From Phycisphaerales bacterium (lineage in GTDB: Bacteria; Planctomycetota; Phycisphaerae; WQYP01), in the NCBI GenBank assembly GCA_027451365.1, contig DAIDJN010000041.1, positions 89,679 to 153,678 of the forward strand: a stretch of 64,000 nt of DNA. The letters are read 5' to 3'. Positions 1-9,332 of this stretch are shown here, one piece after another (the stretch's first letter is position 1; every line of letters starts with the position of its first letter). Both the position numbers and the translations under genes were made by a program. A model generated the notes under the pieces. It searched no databases. It saw only the letters and a program-made list of their open reading frames with translations, and was not told the origin of the DNA.

Positions 1-236
1 GCAAGCCGGGTGAGGTAAAGGGCACCGTTACCAATATTATTAATCCTGGAACCAAACAGGTCCGGTTCATGCCGGGCGGTGGCGGACGGGTTGCCGCCGG
101 ATTTAAGCAGAATCCCTTTAAATCCGGTCCGCTCACGGTTTGGGCTGTCGACCTGGATGACAACAAGCTTGGTATCAGCGACCACGGCAGTTATAAATTG
201 AAAGATACCGCGCTGCCCGCGGTTAAAGGTGTTTAA
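1..236 (+). CDS. 3' end of an unidentified CDS, truncated by the window edge
   Basis: Frame 3 is open from the edge (KPGEVKGTVTNIINPGTKQVRF...LPAVKGV) to TAA at 234-236; co-oriented with the downstream genes. Confidence 0.6.
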   Translation, partial: KPGEVKGTVTNIINPGTKQVRFMPGGGGRVAAGFKQNPFKSGPLTVWAVDLDDNKLGISDHGSYKLKDTALPAVKGV

Positions 237-413
237 CCAGCCCGGTCAGATGGAATCGGGATATGTTGTACCGGTTTGGGCTTGGTGGTCGGGCGGCGTT
301 CCATTCTTTGGCACGTTGCCGCGAAGAATTGCCGCTGCTCTGGCCGGTTGCCCACTGACCCGCAGGGGGCGTAAAATCCGTCCAGAACGGTGTTTGACTT
401 TTGGAAGTAACTT

Positions 414-2357
414 ATGGCCGCTTCGGAACTTTCCCCCGCCATGCCGGACGGCTTTGAAGCCTGCCCGTTGAGTCCGGAAACAGATTCGAGCGTGCGCTTC
501 TGTTTGGTTGTCCGAACCAGGGCGGATACGGTCGCCGGCTGGTTTCTTCCATTAGGTGAATCATTCGATTCGCGTACCTTTCTCGGCTGCCTGACCGACC
601 AGCGCGGCGCCGTGCTTCAATGGATACAAATTTGCCTGCAAACCACAGATATCGCCCATCAGGGGCCGGAAACCGCCGGTGAACTCTGGTCCAATCATCG
701 TCTGGACCTGCGCTGGCAAAATGACTGCAATGCCGGTGCCGATTCGCTGGCCCTTCGCGGCCAATGGGAATCCGTTCATCCGCTGCCCTTATTCTTTGAT
801 ACGGCGACCCGCAGGCTCACCACCCTTGTGGATGCAGATTCCGGGCAGACCTGGCGGCTTTGCACGAATGATGCCCTTCTTGCCTCTTGCGGCCTGCCAC
901 CGTATGCAACATCCATGTTCAGATATTTATATGTCACATTCAATGATGGCCAATCCCGCTTTCTTGCGGTTCAGGACGACGCCCCGCAGAATGAATCCGT
1001 CGCGCTTTTGCGCGATATAATGACCGCTGCCGGCCGCCGGCCGTGGAACCCTGCTGGCGGTTTGATGCGCGTCAGGCGATGGAACAGCATGGTGACCGAA
1101 GCGTTTCTGGATGTGCTCGCCGGATTGCCTTACTCCGCGAAGTCAGCCGGCAAAGTTCCCGCGGATTTTGACAATCTGGGCCGCATTCTTAAGGACACGG
1201 GCGAAACGCTCTCCGCGGGCACTGTTTTTCTTGGCCGCCATGGTCAGCGCGGGCGTATTATCGAAAGCCTGCACCTGAAACTTAAATTTCTGGCCGACGC
1301 CGTCGATTGCGTCCGCCGCTTTACACGCAGCGCTCACCGGCCACTGTTGAATCTGCGGGCGGAAAGCTTTCAAACGCATCTGGCCGCGCCCTCCGTTGCG
1401 CTGCCATTTCTCTGGACGGCAAGCCTTGAACTGGTTGATTTTGGTCATGCCATTGAACTGGACATTCCCGGTTCAGGCAGCGTGTTTACCGAAGGAACTC
1501 TTGCGTTGCCGGACGTTTACAAACCCGCCTTCGATACTCGGCCGCTGGCTACAGAAAGCGCGGTGCTTCGCCTTAGGTCGGTGACCGGCGAACCTGATGG
1601 AACCTGCATCGTGGATGGCACATTGGCCAACCTTGAAGGAATCGTGCCGCAGCCGTCCGATCTGGTGTGCGTCCGCGTGGCCTTGGCCGACCAGCGTATT
1701 CTGCTGACCGGCTCAGCGGAAACGCAATCCGCCCTGGCTGCCGGCGAAGTGCGCTTTAGATCCAATCGTTTCCCGTTGTCAGGCGAACAATTAACTGCCA
1801 TGCAGGCCGCGCAGGGCACGGCGCTTCAGCCGGTGCGATTGCAATGCCTTCCGCGGAAGGACAGCGCCAGTGATCTTTACGCCCTGACGGTCCTGGCTTT
1901 GCGGGCACTCGTCGTGCATCCCGGCAATCCGCTGCCGGTTGCGGTGGATGAGCTGCGCGGCTTTGTCGCCCAGATTGCCCGTGACTTTTCCGCGGACAAG
2001 TCGCTGCCCCAGCGCATTGCCGAACTGCTTCTGGCTGATGAACGGTGGAACAAGTCTCTTGGTGCCCAGAACGTTTTTCCCGGACTGCCCGGCGACGATT
2101 CCGCCGGCGAATTGATTCCCGCCGTGCTTTGGACGCATGTCCTGGCACTTCTTGTGCGCATGGTGCCTGCGGCCGGCCCTGACAGTTTTTGCCGCGCATA
2201 CGGTATAATGCCGCCCGCCGGAATGGCCGGCGCGCTGGATCCCGTGGTCGATGTGTTATCTCGGCTCTTGATTCAGACCAGAAGCCTGATTGTAATTGAC
2301 TGGCAGGTGAACCGTGAGGTACACGCCGTGATTCGCCGATTTCAGTTGGGATTGTAG
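414..2357 (+). CDS. Protein-kinase-like (pseudokinase) protein, possibly T6SS-associated
   Basis: 647 aa ORF; degenerate catalytic loop HRPLLNLRAESF, VDFG motif, subdomain IX-like SDLYAL; long beta-rich segment between DFG and subdomain IX. Confidence 0.55.
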   Translation: MAASELSPAMPDGFEACPLSPETDSSVRFCLVVRTRADTVAGWFLPLGESFDSRTFLGCLTDQRGAVLQWIQICLQTTDIAHQGPETAGELWSNHRLDLRWQNDCNAGADSLALRGQWESVHPLPLFFDTATRRLTTLVDADSGQTWRLCTNDALLASCGLPPYATSMFRYLYVTFNDGQSRFLAVQDDAPQNESVALLRDIMTAAGRRPWNPAGGLMRVRRWNSMVTEAFLDVLAGLPYSAKSAGKVPADFDNLGRILKDTGETLSAGTVFLGRHGQRGRIIESLHLKLKFLADAVDCVRRFTRSAHRPLLNLRAESFQTHLAAPSVALPFLWTASLELVDFGHAIELDIPGSGSVFTEGTLALPDVYKPAFDTRPLATESAVLRLRSVTGEPDGTCIVDGTLANLEGIVPQPSDLVCVRVALADQRILLTGSAETQSALAAGEVRFRSNRFPLSGEQLTAMQAAQGTALQPVRLQCLPRKDSASDLYALTVLALRALVVHPGNPLPVAVDELRGFVAQIARDFSADKSLPQRIAELLLADERWNKSLGAQNVFPGLPGDDSAGELIPAVLWTHVLALLVRMVPAAGPDSFCRAYGIMPPAGMAGALDPVVDVLSRLLIQTRSLIVIDWQVNREVHAVIRRFQLGL

Positions 2358-2415
2358 CCCGTCGCGGAAATCCCGCTTGATCCCGCGGCCATCCATAAAT
2401 TGAAAGGTCTGCACT

Positions 2416-2952
2416 ATGAAGTCACTTTTTAGCGTCAACAAACTTGTGTTCGCGCCGACGGCGGCATTTATGCTGCTGCTCGCCGGCTGTTCCCACGGCC
2501 CAATTGACCGCAACATGAGTCTTATGCTCGGAAAAAGTCTGCGGGCCAATCAGCAATCCACCAGCACCATTGCGGTGGATCTGGTCGGCGTGAATGCCAC
2601 CGATTACCAGCGCTGGTTCAACTATTCCATGACCGCCTATTTCACCGCGGGCGACCTTTTACGCGCGGGGGCTGACAAAATTACGCTTAATTTCACCCCT
2701 GGATCGGCTGCCACTATTGTGCTTTCCAAGGATAATCCGGTCTGGAAACAGTGGAGAGCTGATGGAGACACTTATATTTTTGTGCTGGCCCAGTTGCCCG
2801 GTATCCGACAGGATATGCCCGGCCCGCAGGACCCTCGCCGCCTGATTCTGCCACTGAAAAAATCCCGCTGGCCGGATTCCGCCAATCCAATCCGAATTTT
2901 GATAAAAAACAGCGGCGTGGTGTGTGAAACCCCGCCAAAATCCAAGAATTAA
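2416..2952 (+). CDS. Lipoprotein, TssJ-like
   Basis: Lipobox LAGC; order of elements (IAVDLV...AYF...FTPG...YIFVLAQL...RRLILPL) resembles the TssJ fold; lipoprotein call is strong, TssJ call tentative. Confidence 0.5.
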   Translation: MKSLFSVNKLVFAPTAAFMLLLAGCSHGPIDRNMSLMLGKSLRANQQSTSTIAVDLVGVNATDYQRWFNYSMTAYFTAGDLLRAGADKITLNFTPGSAATIVLSKDNPVWKQWRADGDTYIFVLAQLPGIRQDMPGPQDPRRLILPLKKSRWPDSANPIRILIKNSGVVCETPPKSKN

Positions 2953-3002
2953 CCCTCAAAGAACGTAACGGCGCTTCATCGCGCCGGGGCGGGAATGACC
3001 TG

Positions 3003-6000
3003 GTGCCCAACTTCGGTTCATATCAGACCGATCGCGTGACAGGCCGACGGGCCGACGGATCACTGCACACTTTGCCCGACCCTTCCCAGTGCTTGCTGGC
3101 CTTTGAACCGCCCGCTGATTTACTTTCGCCGGTCCGGCTTCACGCCGCCCAGTCAAACTTTATTGCGCGGTTTGATTTGCAGCGTACCGTCGCTGAAGGT
3201 TCGACCCGTTGGGCAAAAGTGTTCGATCTTGAGCCGCTGGAGCCTTCCGGCGCATTTTGTGTTATGGAAAGGCTTGATTGGCCGCTCGTGCGGCTGATCC
3301 GTCTGCGGGTCGCACCGTCACCGGCGGACCTTTACCGGTTGGTCACGGAAGTTCTTGAAGCGCTTCATGACGCGCAGAATCTGGTGGGCCGAAGCCACGG
3401 AAATCTGCGGGCGGAAAATATTTTTGCGTCCAGCGGCACATTGGCCGAAGCTCGCATTGTGCTGGTCGCGCCGCGTGCGTCGGTTTTCAATTCCACTAAA
3501 GCCGCATCAGATGATCTGGCCCAGCTTGGCCGCATCATCTGCGAACTTGTGGCTTCCCGCCGCTGGACTCCCACCACGCCGCTTGATCCGGGAATGGCGG
3601 AATTTCGCCAGCTTGGGGCGATCGGCCGGCGCTGGACTGAATTCTGCCGCTTTCTGCTGAATACCGATATTCACGCGGATCAGCGTTCTATCTTTTCAGC
3701 GCTGACCATGGCCGCAAAACTTAAACCACGAAAAAGTCGCGCGCCGATGGGAATCGGGATTACGGCGGCATTGATGCTTATCGCGGCGGTCGTGGCCGGT
3801 TATATTCACCACCGGCGGACACTTGAAGAAATGTCCCGTTTTAACGGGGCTTATTCCGCTTATAACACTGCCTGGCACGGCTGGTTTAAAGCCTTTACCC
3901 AAAACAAAAAACTTCTGGCCAGCGTGCCGGAATTTTCGCAGGTGAGTGCCGCACTTAAAGGTGGTATTGTCTTAAGCCCGAATAATATTCTTCACGAATT
4001 CACCGGACTTCTTTCGCCCGCCCAGATTCAAAAGGATCTGGCCAGCCATCCACATGAAGCCCAGCGACTGGGGCTGGCTGTGGTGCTGCTTATGCGCACC
4101 GAACGAATTCTCGGCAATATCCACGGAAAATTGATCCATCAGCAAAATCAGTGGAATTCCCGCGGCTGGCGGCGGGCCTCCGCGGACCTTTACGCACGCG
4201 GTGCGGCCCCGGTCCTGCCGGATCAGTCCATGGTTCCATTTTTGCGGCTGCACAGCGCGGCTTGGGCTGTCAATCCAGACCTGCGGAAGCTTCAGCTTAC
4301 GCCGGACGGCGTTTCGGCTGCGCAATGGTTCAGGCAAATTGCCGCCGCCGGCCAGGTGTCCGGAATCTGGTCACAATTATCGCCTGTTCTCAAGAGCTTT
4401 GCCGCCGACTCGCACCGATCTGTCGCTTCATTTGATCCTTACGCGAGCCGGTATCTGGCGTCTGCGTCAACCCCGGATATTCTGCTGATGCGACAGCGGC
4501 AGTTGCTGCGGGTTGCCCGGCGTCAGGCCACAGCGCTGGCCCGCTATGGCGGTTCTATACGCTGGGACCTTGTCGCTGCGCTCCCGCCGCGCAACATGCA
4601 ACTTCCGCCTGATAAGTATTTTCCGAATCTGGCCGACTATCGGGTTTTGGCCGGCAACGACAACGCCTACCTGCGACTTAAGCCGCAATTTACTGCCGAT
4701 GCGGCGCTGGTCCGCAGCGGAATTGCCCATGCCATGCGCCTGCCCAAGCCGCCCACTGTCAATTACCTAGCCGGATTGCGGGTGGCGGAAAGGAATTTCA
4801 GCCGCCTTTCCGACCATAATCTCTGGATATGGAAAAACCGTGCGATATTGGACAAACAAGCCCAATCGGCAATTCAGCGGGTGCAAAATCTGCATCAGTC
4901 CGTGACCGCATTTATCAATTCCCAGATCAATGTGCGGAAATGGGTGGCGCAATTGCTTGGATTGCATCTGGCATCGCAAAACTATCCGGTTAATCCGAAC
5001 GCACTGGTCATTTCCACGATTCCGGCAATTAACGCTGCCTACCTGGCCAAAGTGCGACGGATTCTTTTTGCGCCGGCCCCGCCTCCCGCCATGGCTTTAG
5101 AAGCGAATGTGCAAAGTTATAATCTTCTGGTCAGCTCCCTGCGGCCGCGCCGCTGGCGCATTCCGATTTTAACCGCGCGCATCACCGCTGTTCGCAATGC
5201 CCTCACACACATCCTCAGGAAGGATTTTCCAGCCGGTCTGTCAGATTCCGCCGCTCAACTTTCCCGTCCATGGAACCAGCAGTTGTTGCAGGCGGCGATT
5301 CTGCCCGCCCGTGCTTCAGCCGTCAGGCAGGCCATGCGGACGCTTCACTGGAATGACCTGACGCCCCAAATACAAAGCAGCGCCGTCCAAAGCTGGTTAT
5401 CGCGTCACAAGGCCTTCGAATCGCTGGTCATTAACTTTAACCGTATACAGGATGCGTTGAATGAATGTCGTCTGCTTAACGCATCGCTGCCTGGGGGCGG
5501 ATCCATCGCCCGACTGTATGCCCAGGCACGCGCTAATATTTGGTGGACCAATGCGGCAACCGCGCGAGCCTTGGCCCCTCAGATCGCGCTTTTGCGGCGT
5601 TTGGAACAGATTCATTCCGCCGCAATACCAGCGCTTTCCGTCGCCTGGAACCGTATCATTGCCGCCCATCCGGTCCAGCCTTTGCTGATCCGGGCAATCT
5701 GGCAGCGGCTTGGATTGGTGGCTCCCCAGCCGACCGCGAATTTGATGAACCTGGAGCATTCTCTGCCGGACCGATTGAAAGCCGCAATTGCCGCCGATTC
5801 TCAAATTTCCGCTGCGCGCAAAGCGGCCCTTCAGCACCTGCTGGCCGATCAATATCGTTTGCGCTGGCAACAGCGGATGAACGCTGCGGTGGGTGCAAGC
5901 CAGGTGAATCGAACTCTTGTCGCCGCCGCGGATTATCAGATTACTCTGTCGAAAGCTCCCGGTCTGACGGAATTCTCCACTCTGTCGGAACTTCGTCCGC

Positions 6001-7310
6001 GGGCGCAATTGAATATTCTGGTGCGGCAGTTTGCCGCAGGGGCCCAAGGCATTACCACGCCGGCCGGGGCCAGGGCTGCCGCCGCGCACATGCAGGAGGT
6101 GCTAACGGGCGCTTTTTCCAGACCCGGCTGGGCGAAACTTTCATCCAGTCCGCGATTGATCCAATTTCAGGAGGCCCTCGAAGGCATCTTAAAGGCGAAT
6201 CCGGCGCAAGCCCGCCAGCCGGCCGGGCCGGCTCTTGCCGGATGGAAACAGCAGAAACTTCCCAACCATGCCCGTCTGTTTACCAGTCCGTCCGGCCACC
6301 GGAAGTTGACCTTTGTTTTGCTGACGCCACCAGGACATAAACGATTTTATTTATGTACCACAGAACTAAGCGTGGGAATATTTCTTTCGGTGTTGAATTC
6401 CAGTTCCAGTTTAATCCATCGGCCATCCAATTCATTTTATAATCTGATCAAGCCGAACGGCAATTATTTCGGTCCGCATACCTGGGTATACCATCAAAGC
6501 GTCGGACAGGTTGAAATGGCCAAGTCCTGGTTTACGAACACCAATCAGATTTACAACGCGCCGCGCTATAGTTCGGCGCTGCAAGCCGCCGATGGCAAGC
6601 GTTTAAGCCCCGCCGCCGGTGGTCCGCCCCGGTCTGACGATCCGGTTAATTATCTGCCGCCGCAGGCGGCGGTTTATGTCGCGGCGCTGCTCGGTTGTCG
6701 ATTGCCAACGTCCGCTGAATGGCGGTATGCGTGGCGGGAAAAAGGCTCTGGCTCCCGGCCGCATCTGGCCGGCAAAACATTGGCCGGTTATGTGCAGTAT
6801 CTTAAACGTGTCAATTCATCGAAGGATGCCCGATTGCCCACTCCCCGTTACTGGGACCTTTATAATTATTCCGCCCCGGACCTGGCCGCATCGCTTCACT
6901 CATACGGTCCTTCGGCCAACCCGATTCTCTGGTTTGAACCGGTCAGCGGCGCGGCCCGGTCGCCTGCGTTTATACATTTGACCGGCAATGTGGCTGAATG
7001 GGTGTTTGACGATACCCAGGCATATTCCAAAGCGTTCAAGGGCTGGATCAAAACGCCCAAAGCCCTCAACAGCGGTGCTGTTCAGGCACTTTTCACACCT
7101 GCCGCTCTCAAAATGGTTTATGTGATTGGCGGGTCATGCCTTTCACCGCTGGGAAAAACCGCGCCGGACAAGCCGATCCCGATTAACTGGCACCTGCGGC
7201 GGACGCGAAGAGGCTTCGCGGATGTCGGCATGCGGCTGGCTTATCAACCGCGGGTGCTTACCCCGCAGGAACGCCTGGCGCAGCTGATTGGCGGCGATTG
7301 GTATTTCTAA
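3003..7310 (+). CDS. Pseudokinase-TM-helical-FGE/SUMF1 domain fusion protein
   Basis: N-terminal HGNLRAENIF and DDLAQLGRII; TM helix MGIGITAALMLIAAVVAGYI; C-terminal FGE motifs FYLCTTE, PVNYL, RLPTSAEWRYA, GNVAEW, IGGS, DVGMRL. Confidence 0.8.
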   Translation: MPNFGSYQTDRVTGRRADGSLHTLPDPSQCLLAFEPPADLLSPVRLHAAQSNFIARFDLQRTVAEGSTRWAKVFDLEPLEPSGAFCVMERLDWPLVRLIRLRVAPSPADLYRLVTEVLEALHDAQNLVGRSHGNLRAENIFASSGTLAEARIVLVAPRASVFNSTKAASDDLAQLGRIICELVASRRWTPTTPLDPGMAEFRQLGAIGRRWTEFCRFLLNTDIHADQRSIFSALTMAAKLKPRKSRAPMGIGITAALMLIAAVVAGYIHHRRTLEEMSRFNGAYSAYNTAWHGWFKAFTQNKKLLASVPEFSQVSAALKGGIVLSPNNILHEFTGLLSPAQIQKDLASHPHEAQRLGLAVVLLMRTERILGNIHGKLIHQQNQWNSRGWRRASADLYARGAAPVLPDQSMVPFLRLHSAAWAVNPDLRKLQLTPDGVSAAQWFRQIAAAGQVSGIWSQLSPVLKSFAADSHRSVASFDPYASRYLASASTPDILLMRQRQLLRVARRQATALARYGGSIRWDLVAALPPRNMQLPPDKYFPNLADYRVLAGNDNAYLRLKPQFTADAALVRSGIAHAMRLPKPPTVNYLAGLRVAERNFSRLSDHNLWIWKNRAILDKQAQSAIQRVQNLHQSVTAFINSQINVRKWVAQLLGLHLASQNYPVNPNALVISTIPAINAAYLAKVRRILFAPAPPPAMALEANVQSYNLLVSSLRPRRWRIPILTARITAVRNALTHILRKDFPAGLSDSAAQLSRPWNQQLLQAAILPARASAVRQAMRTLHWNDLTPQIQSSAVQSWLSRHKAFESLVINFNRIQDALNECRLLNASLPGGGSIARLYAQARANIWWTNAATARALAPQIALLRRLEQIHSAAIPALSVAWNRIIAAHPVQPLLIRAIWQRLGLVAPQPTANLMNLEHSLPDRLKAAIAADSQISAARKAALQHLLADQYRLRWQQRMNAAVGASQVNRTLVAAADYQITLSKAPGLTEFSTLSELRPRAQLNILVRQFAAGAQGITTPAGARAAAAHMQEVLTGAFSRPGWAKLSSSPRLIQFQEALEGILKANPAQARQPAGPALAGWKQQKLPNHARLFTSPSGHRKLTFVLLTPPGHKRFYLCTTELSVGIFLSVLNSSSSLIHRPSNSFYNLIKPNGNYFGPHTWVYHQSVGQVEMAKSWFTNTNQIYNAPRYSSALQAADGKRLSPAAGGPPRSDDPVNYLPPQAAVYVAALLGCRLPTSAEWRYAWREKGSGSRPHLAGKTLAGYVQYLKRVNSSKDARLPTPRYWDLYNYSAPDLAASLHSYGPSANPILWFEPVSGAARSPAFIHLTGNVAEWVFDDTQAYSKAFKGWIKTPKALNSGAVQALFTPAALKMVYVIGGSCLSPLGKTAPDKPIPINWHLRRTRRGFADVGMRLAYQPRVLTPQERLAQLIGGDWYF

Positions 7311-7461
7311 TCGGCGGCTGGCCGCTCTGGCCGACCGCCTGCCAATCTGATGCCCGACGTTCAGCGCGTCATCTTAGGCTTAATCTCGCCGCACGGTCGA
7401 ATAAATCGGTTGGAACCGGCAACCCGCTAATTTCAACGGTTAAATTCAGCTTTTCAGCAAT

Positions 7462-7535
7462 TGCGCCCGGCGGGAGTCGAACCCACAACCGTCCGCTTAG
7501 AAGGCGGATGCTCTATCCAGTTGAGCTACGAGCGC
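7462..7535 (-). tRNA. tRNA-Arg (anticodon TCT)
   Basis: Reverse complement GCGCTCGTAGCTCAACTGGATAGAGCATCCGCCTTCTAAGCGGACGGTTGTGGGTTCGACTCCCGCCGGGCGCA folds as a cloverleaf; anticodon arm TCCGC-CT TCT AA-GCGGA; CCA not encoded. Confidence 0.97.
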
Positions 7536-7894
7536 TTCGGCTGCTTAAAATGTAAACGAAGCGGGGTGGCAAAGCCAATGGCGGGGTGGCGAACGCCGTG
7601 GAGCTATGCAAGCCAACCTCGCCGTTCCCTTTTTTTTGCCGCAGGCCAAAATATACGCCAACTCCGCAAAGCAGGAAAGGATGTGTGATTCGGTCCGCTG
7701 GCGGAACGATTGATCGCAGCTGCGCCGCGCTGCAAATAAAGTCGGTCCATCTGCCCGGAAACGCGATGATGCAATGGACTGGCGGCCCTGAATTTGCATG
7801 GCATTTCCGCTTCCCCACCATTCATTTTTTGTCCGCGTTGAAGTATACTTCTTAAGATTCGCTGGAGCGATATTCATGGCCAGGGAGTTGATAA

Positions 7895-9301
7895 ATGTTA
7901 TTGTCGCTGTCTGAAGATATGCTGGCGAATCCTTACCGAGTGATCGGTTTGCCCGCGGGTGCCGGACAGAATGATATCGACCTTGCCGTGCGGCGGATGC
8001 GAATATGGAAAAGCCCCGCGGACATTCCACCCACCCCATGGGATTTTCCCCAATTCGGTCCTGTTCCCCGCGAAAAGGCGGATTTGGAGCGGGCGGTCGG
8101 ATTGCTGATGAATCCGGCAACGCGGCTGGTGGCGCGAGCCTGGTGGTTTACCGCACTGCCAGGTGAGTTAAATACGGTCGCGGCTAAAACCGCCCCGGCG
8201 GCCGGCGTATCATTGCGTGCCTTGCAGGCCCATGACAAGGCGTTGACGTGTTTATTTGATCTGGCAAAAAAATCGCCGGATGTTTCCCGCAACCATTTAT
8301 CCTGGTGTGCGGCATTGGCCACTTTGGGCGTAAGCCTGCGTGCGGAAGATTATCTGCGCTGGTCGGCAGGCGTTGAGGTGACCGGAGCCGCCGAAGGTTT
8401 TGAAAAGGCCGCCAGTCCACAGGAAATAATGGATATACCCCAGTCATGGGCGTTGGCACTGTTGCCCAAACTGCGCAACTTCTGTCACAACGCGTACGAT
8501 GCCAGCGCGTTTGATCAGTCGGTTGCATTTATCCGTCTGGCCCAACAGACGAGTCGCGACCATCCGGAAGCCATGCATTTGCGGAGCACCATGCTGGAAC
8601 TTATGGAGCGCAATTTGCTAATCAATTGCCCGCGCGTACAGAATTTTATATACCACGGGATTCCATGGAAACGGTGGGAAAAAATTTTTGTTGGGCGAAA
8701 ATCCCGCCAGATATGTCGCCAGGCGGAGCAGGAGATTGAGCAGACGCTTTTACCTTTGTATCGGGCCTTCATCAAGCTTCAGGCACCGGAGTATCACGAC
8801 ACGCGAGCTGTACAAATCGCATTTAACGCGATGGTACGCAATATGGCCGTGGGCTGGTCGCACGTAGGCGCCACTGCCAATGCGCGCCGCTGGGGTGCCT
8901 TATTACAGTCGGAATCGCGACAACCTCTCACCGTGGGACGACGCTTGTTGATGAGTCTGCGGTCAAATCGAGTATCGTGGACAGTGTTAGGTGTCATCAT
9001 CCTGGGCGTTGCATCGAATCTGTTTAATCAATCGCCACGCGACACTTATTTTCCGCCCCGGCCCTATTACAATCCGGCCCTGCCCCATGCGCCGGCTCGT
9101 CAAAACATGCTCTCTGGCAATGCGCCTCAGCCTGCGGTCTCGGATGGCAATAAGGCTGCATTGCCATCTTACATCCGGCCACGCGCCTCACCACCTGACA
9201 TTTATCATCCACCGGTTTACTCTGGCGATACATCCCAATATCACCTGCCGCCAATGGGCGGCTGGGCACCGGCTGGTATATCACGACCTGGTGCCAGATA
9301 A
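7895..9301 (+). CDS. Membrane-anchored helical protein with a J-domain-like N-terminus, partner of the adjacent Hsp70
   Basis: GGGAG RBS; N-terminal NPYRVIGLPAGAGQNDIDLAVRRM resembles J-domain helices I-II but has no HPD; TM WTVLGVIILGVASNLF; Pro-rich tail. Confidence 0.55.
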   Translation: MLLSLSEDMLANPYRVIGLPAGAGQNDIDLAVRRMRIWKSPADIPPTPWDFPQFGPVPREKADLERAVGLLMNPATRLVARAWWFTALPGELNTVAAKTAPAAGVSLRALQAHDKALTCLFDLAKKSPDVSRNHLSWCAALATLGVSLRAEDYLRWSAGVEVTGAAEGFEKAASPQEIMDIPQSWALALLPKLRNFCHNAYDASAFDQSVAFIRLAQQTSRDHPEAMHLRSTMLELMERNLLINCPRVQNFIYHGIPWKRWEKIFVGRKSRQICRQAEQEIEQTLLPLYRAFIKLQAPEYHDTRAVQIAFNAMVRNMAVGWSHVGATANARRWGALLQSESRQPLTVGRRLLMSLRSNRVSWTVLGVIILGVASNLFNQSPRDTYFPPRPYYNPALPHAPARQNMLSGNAPQPAVSDGNKAALPSYIRPRASPPDIYHPPVYSGDTSQYHLPPMGGWAPAGISRPGAR

Positions 9302-9332
9302 TCACCATCGGATTTTTGAAAGGCTGTTCGAA

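Noticed and set aside
7561..7638. GCGGGGTGGC duplication and hairpin with T-tract as a riboswitch or ncRNA
   Set aside because: No family motif recognised; explainable as a terminator-like hairpin beside the tRNA
8991..9332. N-terminal extension of the Hsp70 ORF
   Set aside because: Overlaps the upstream gene and reads as off-frame sequence; Hsp70 homology starts just after GTG 9333
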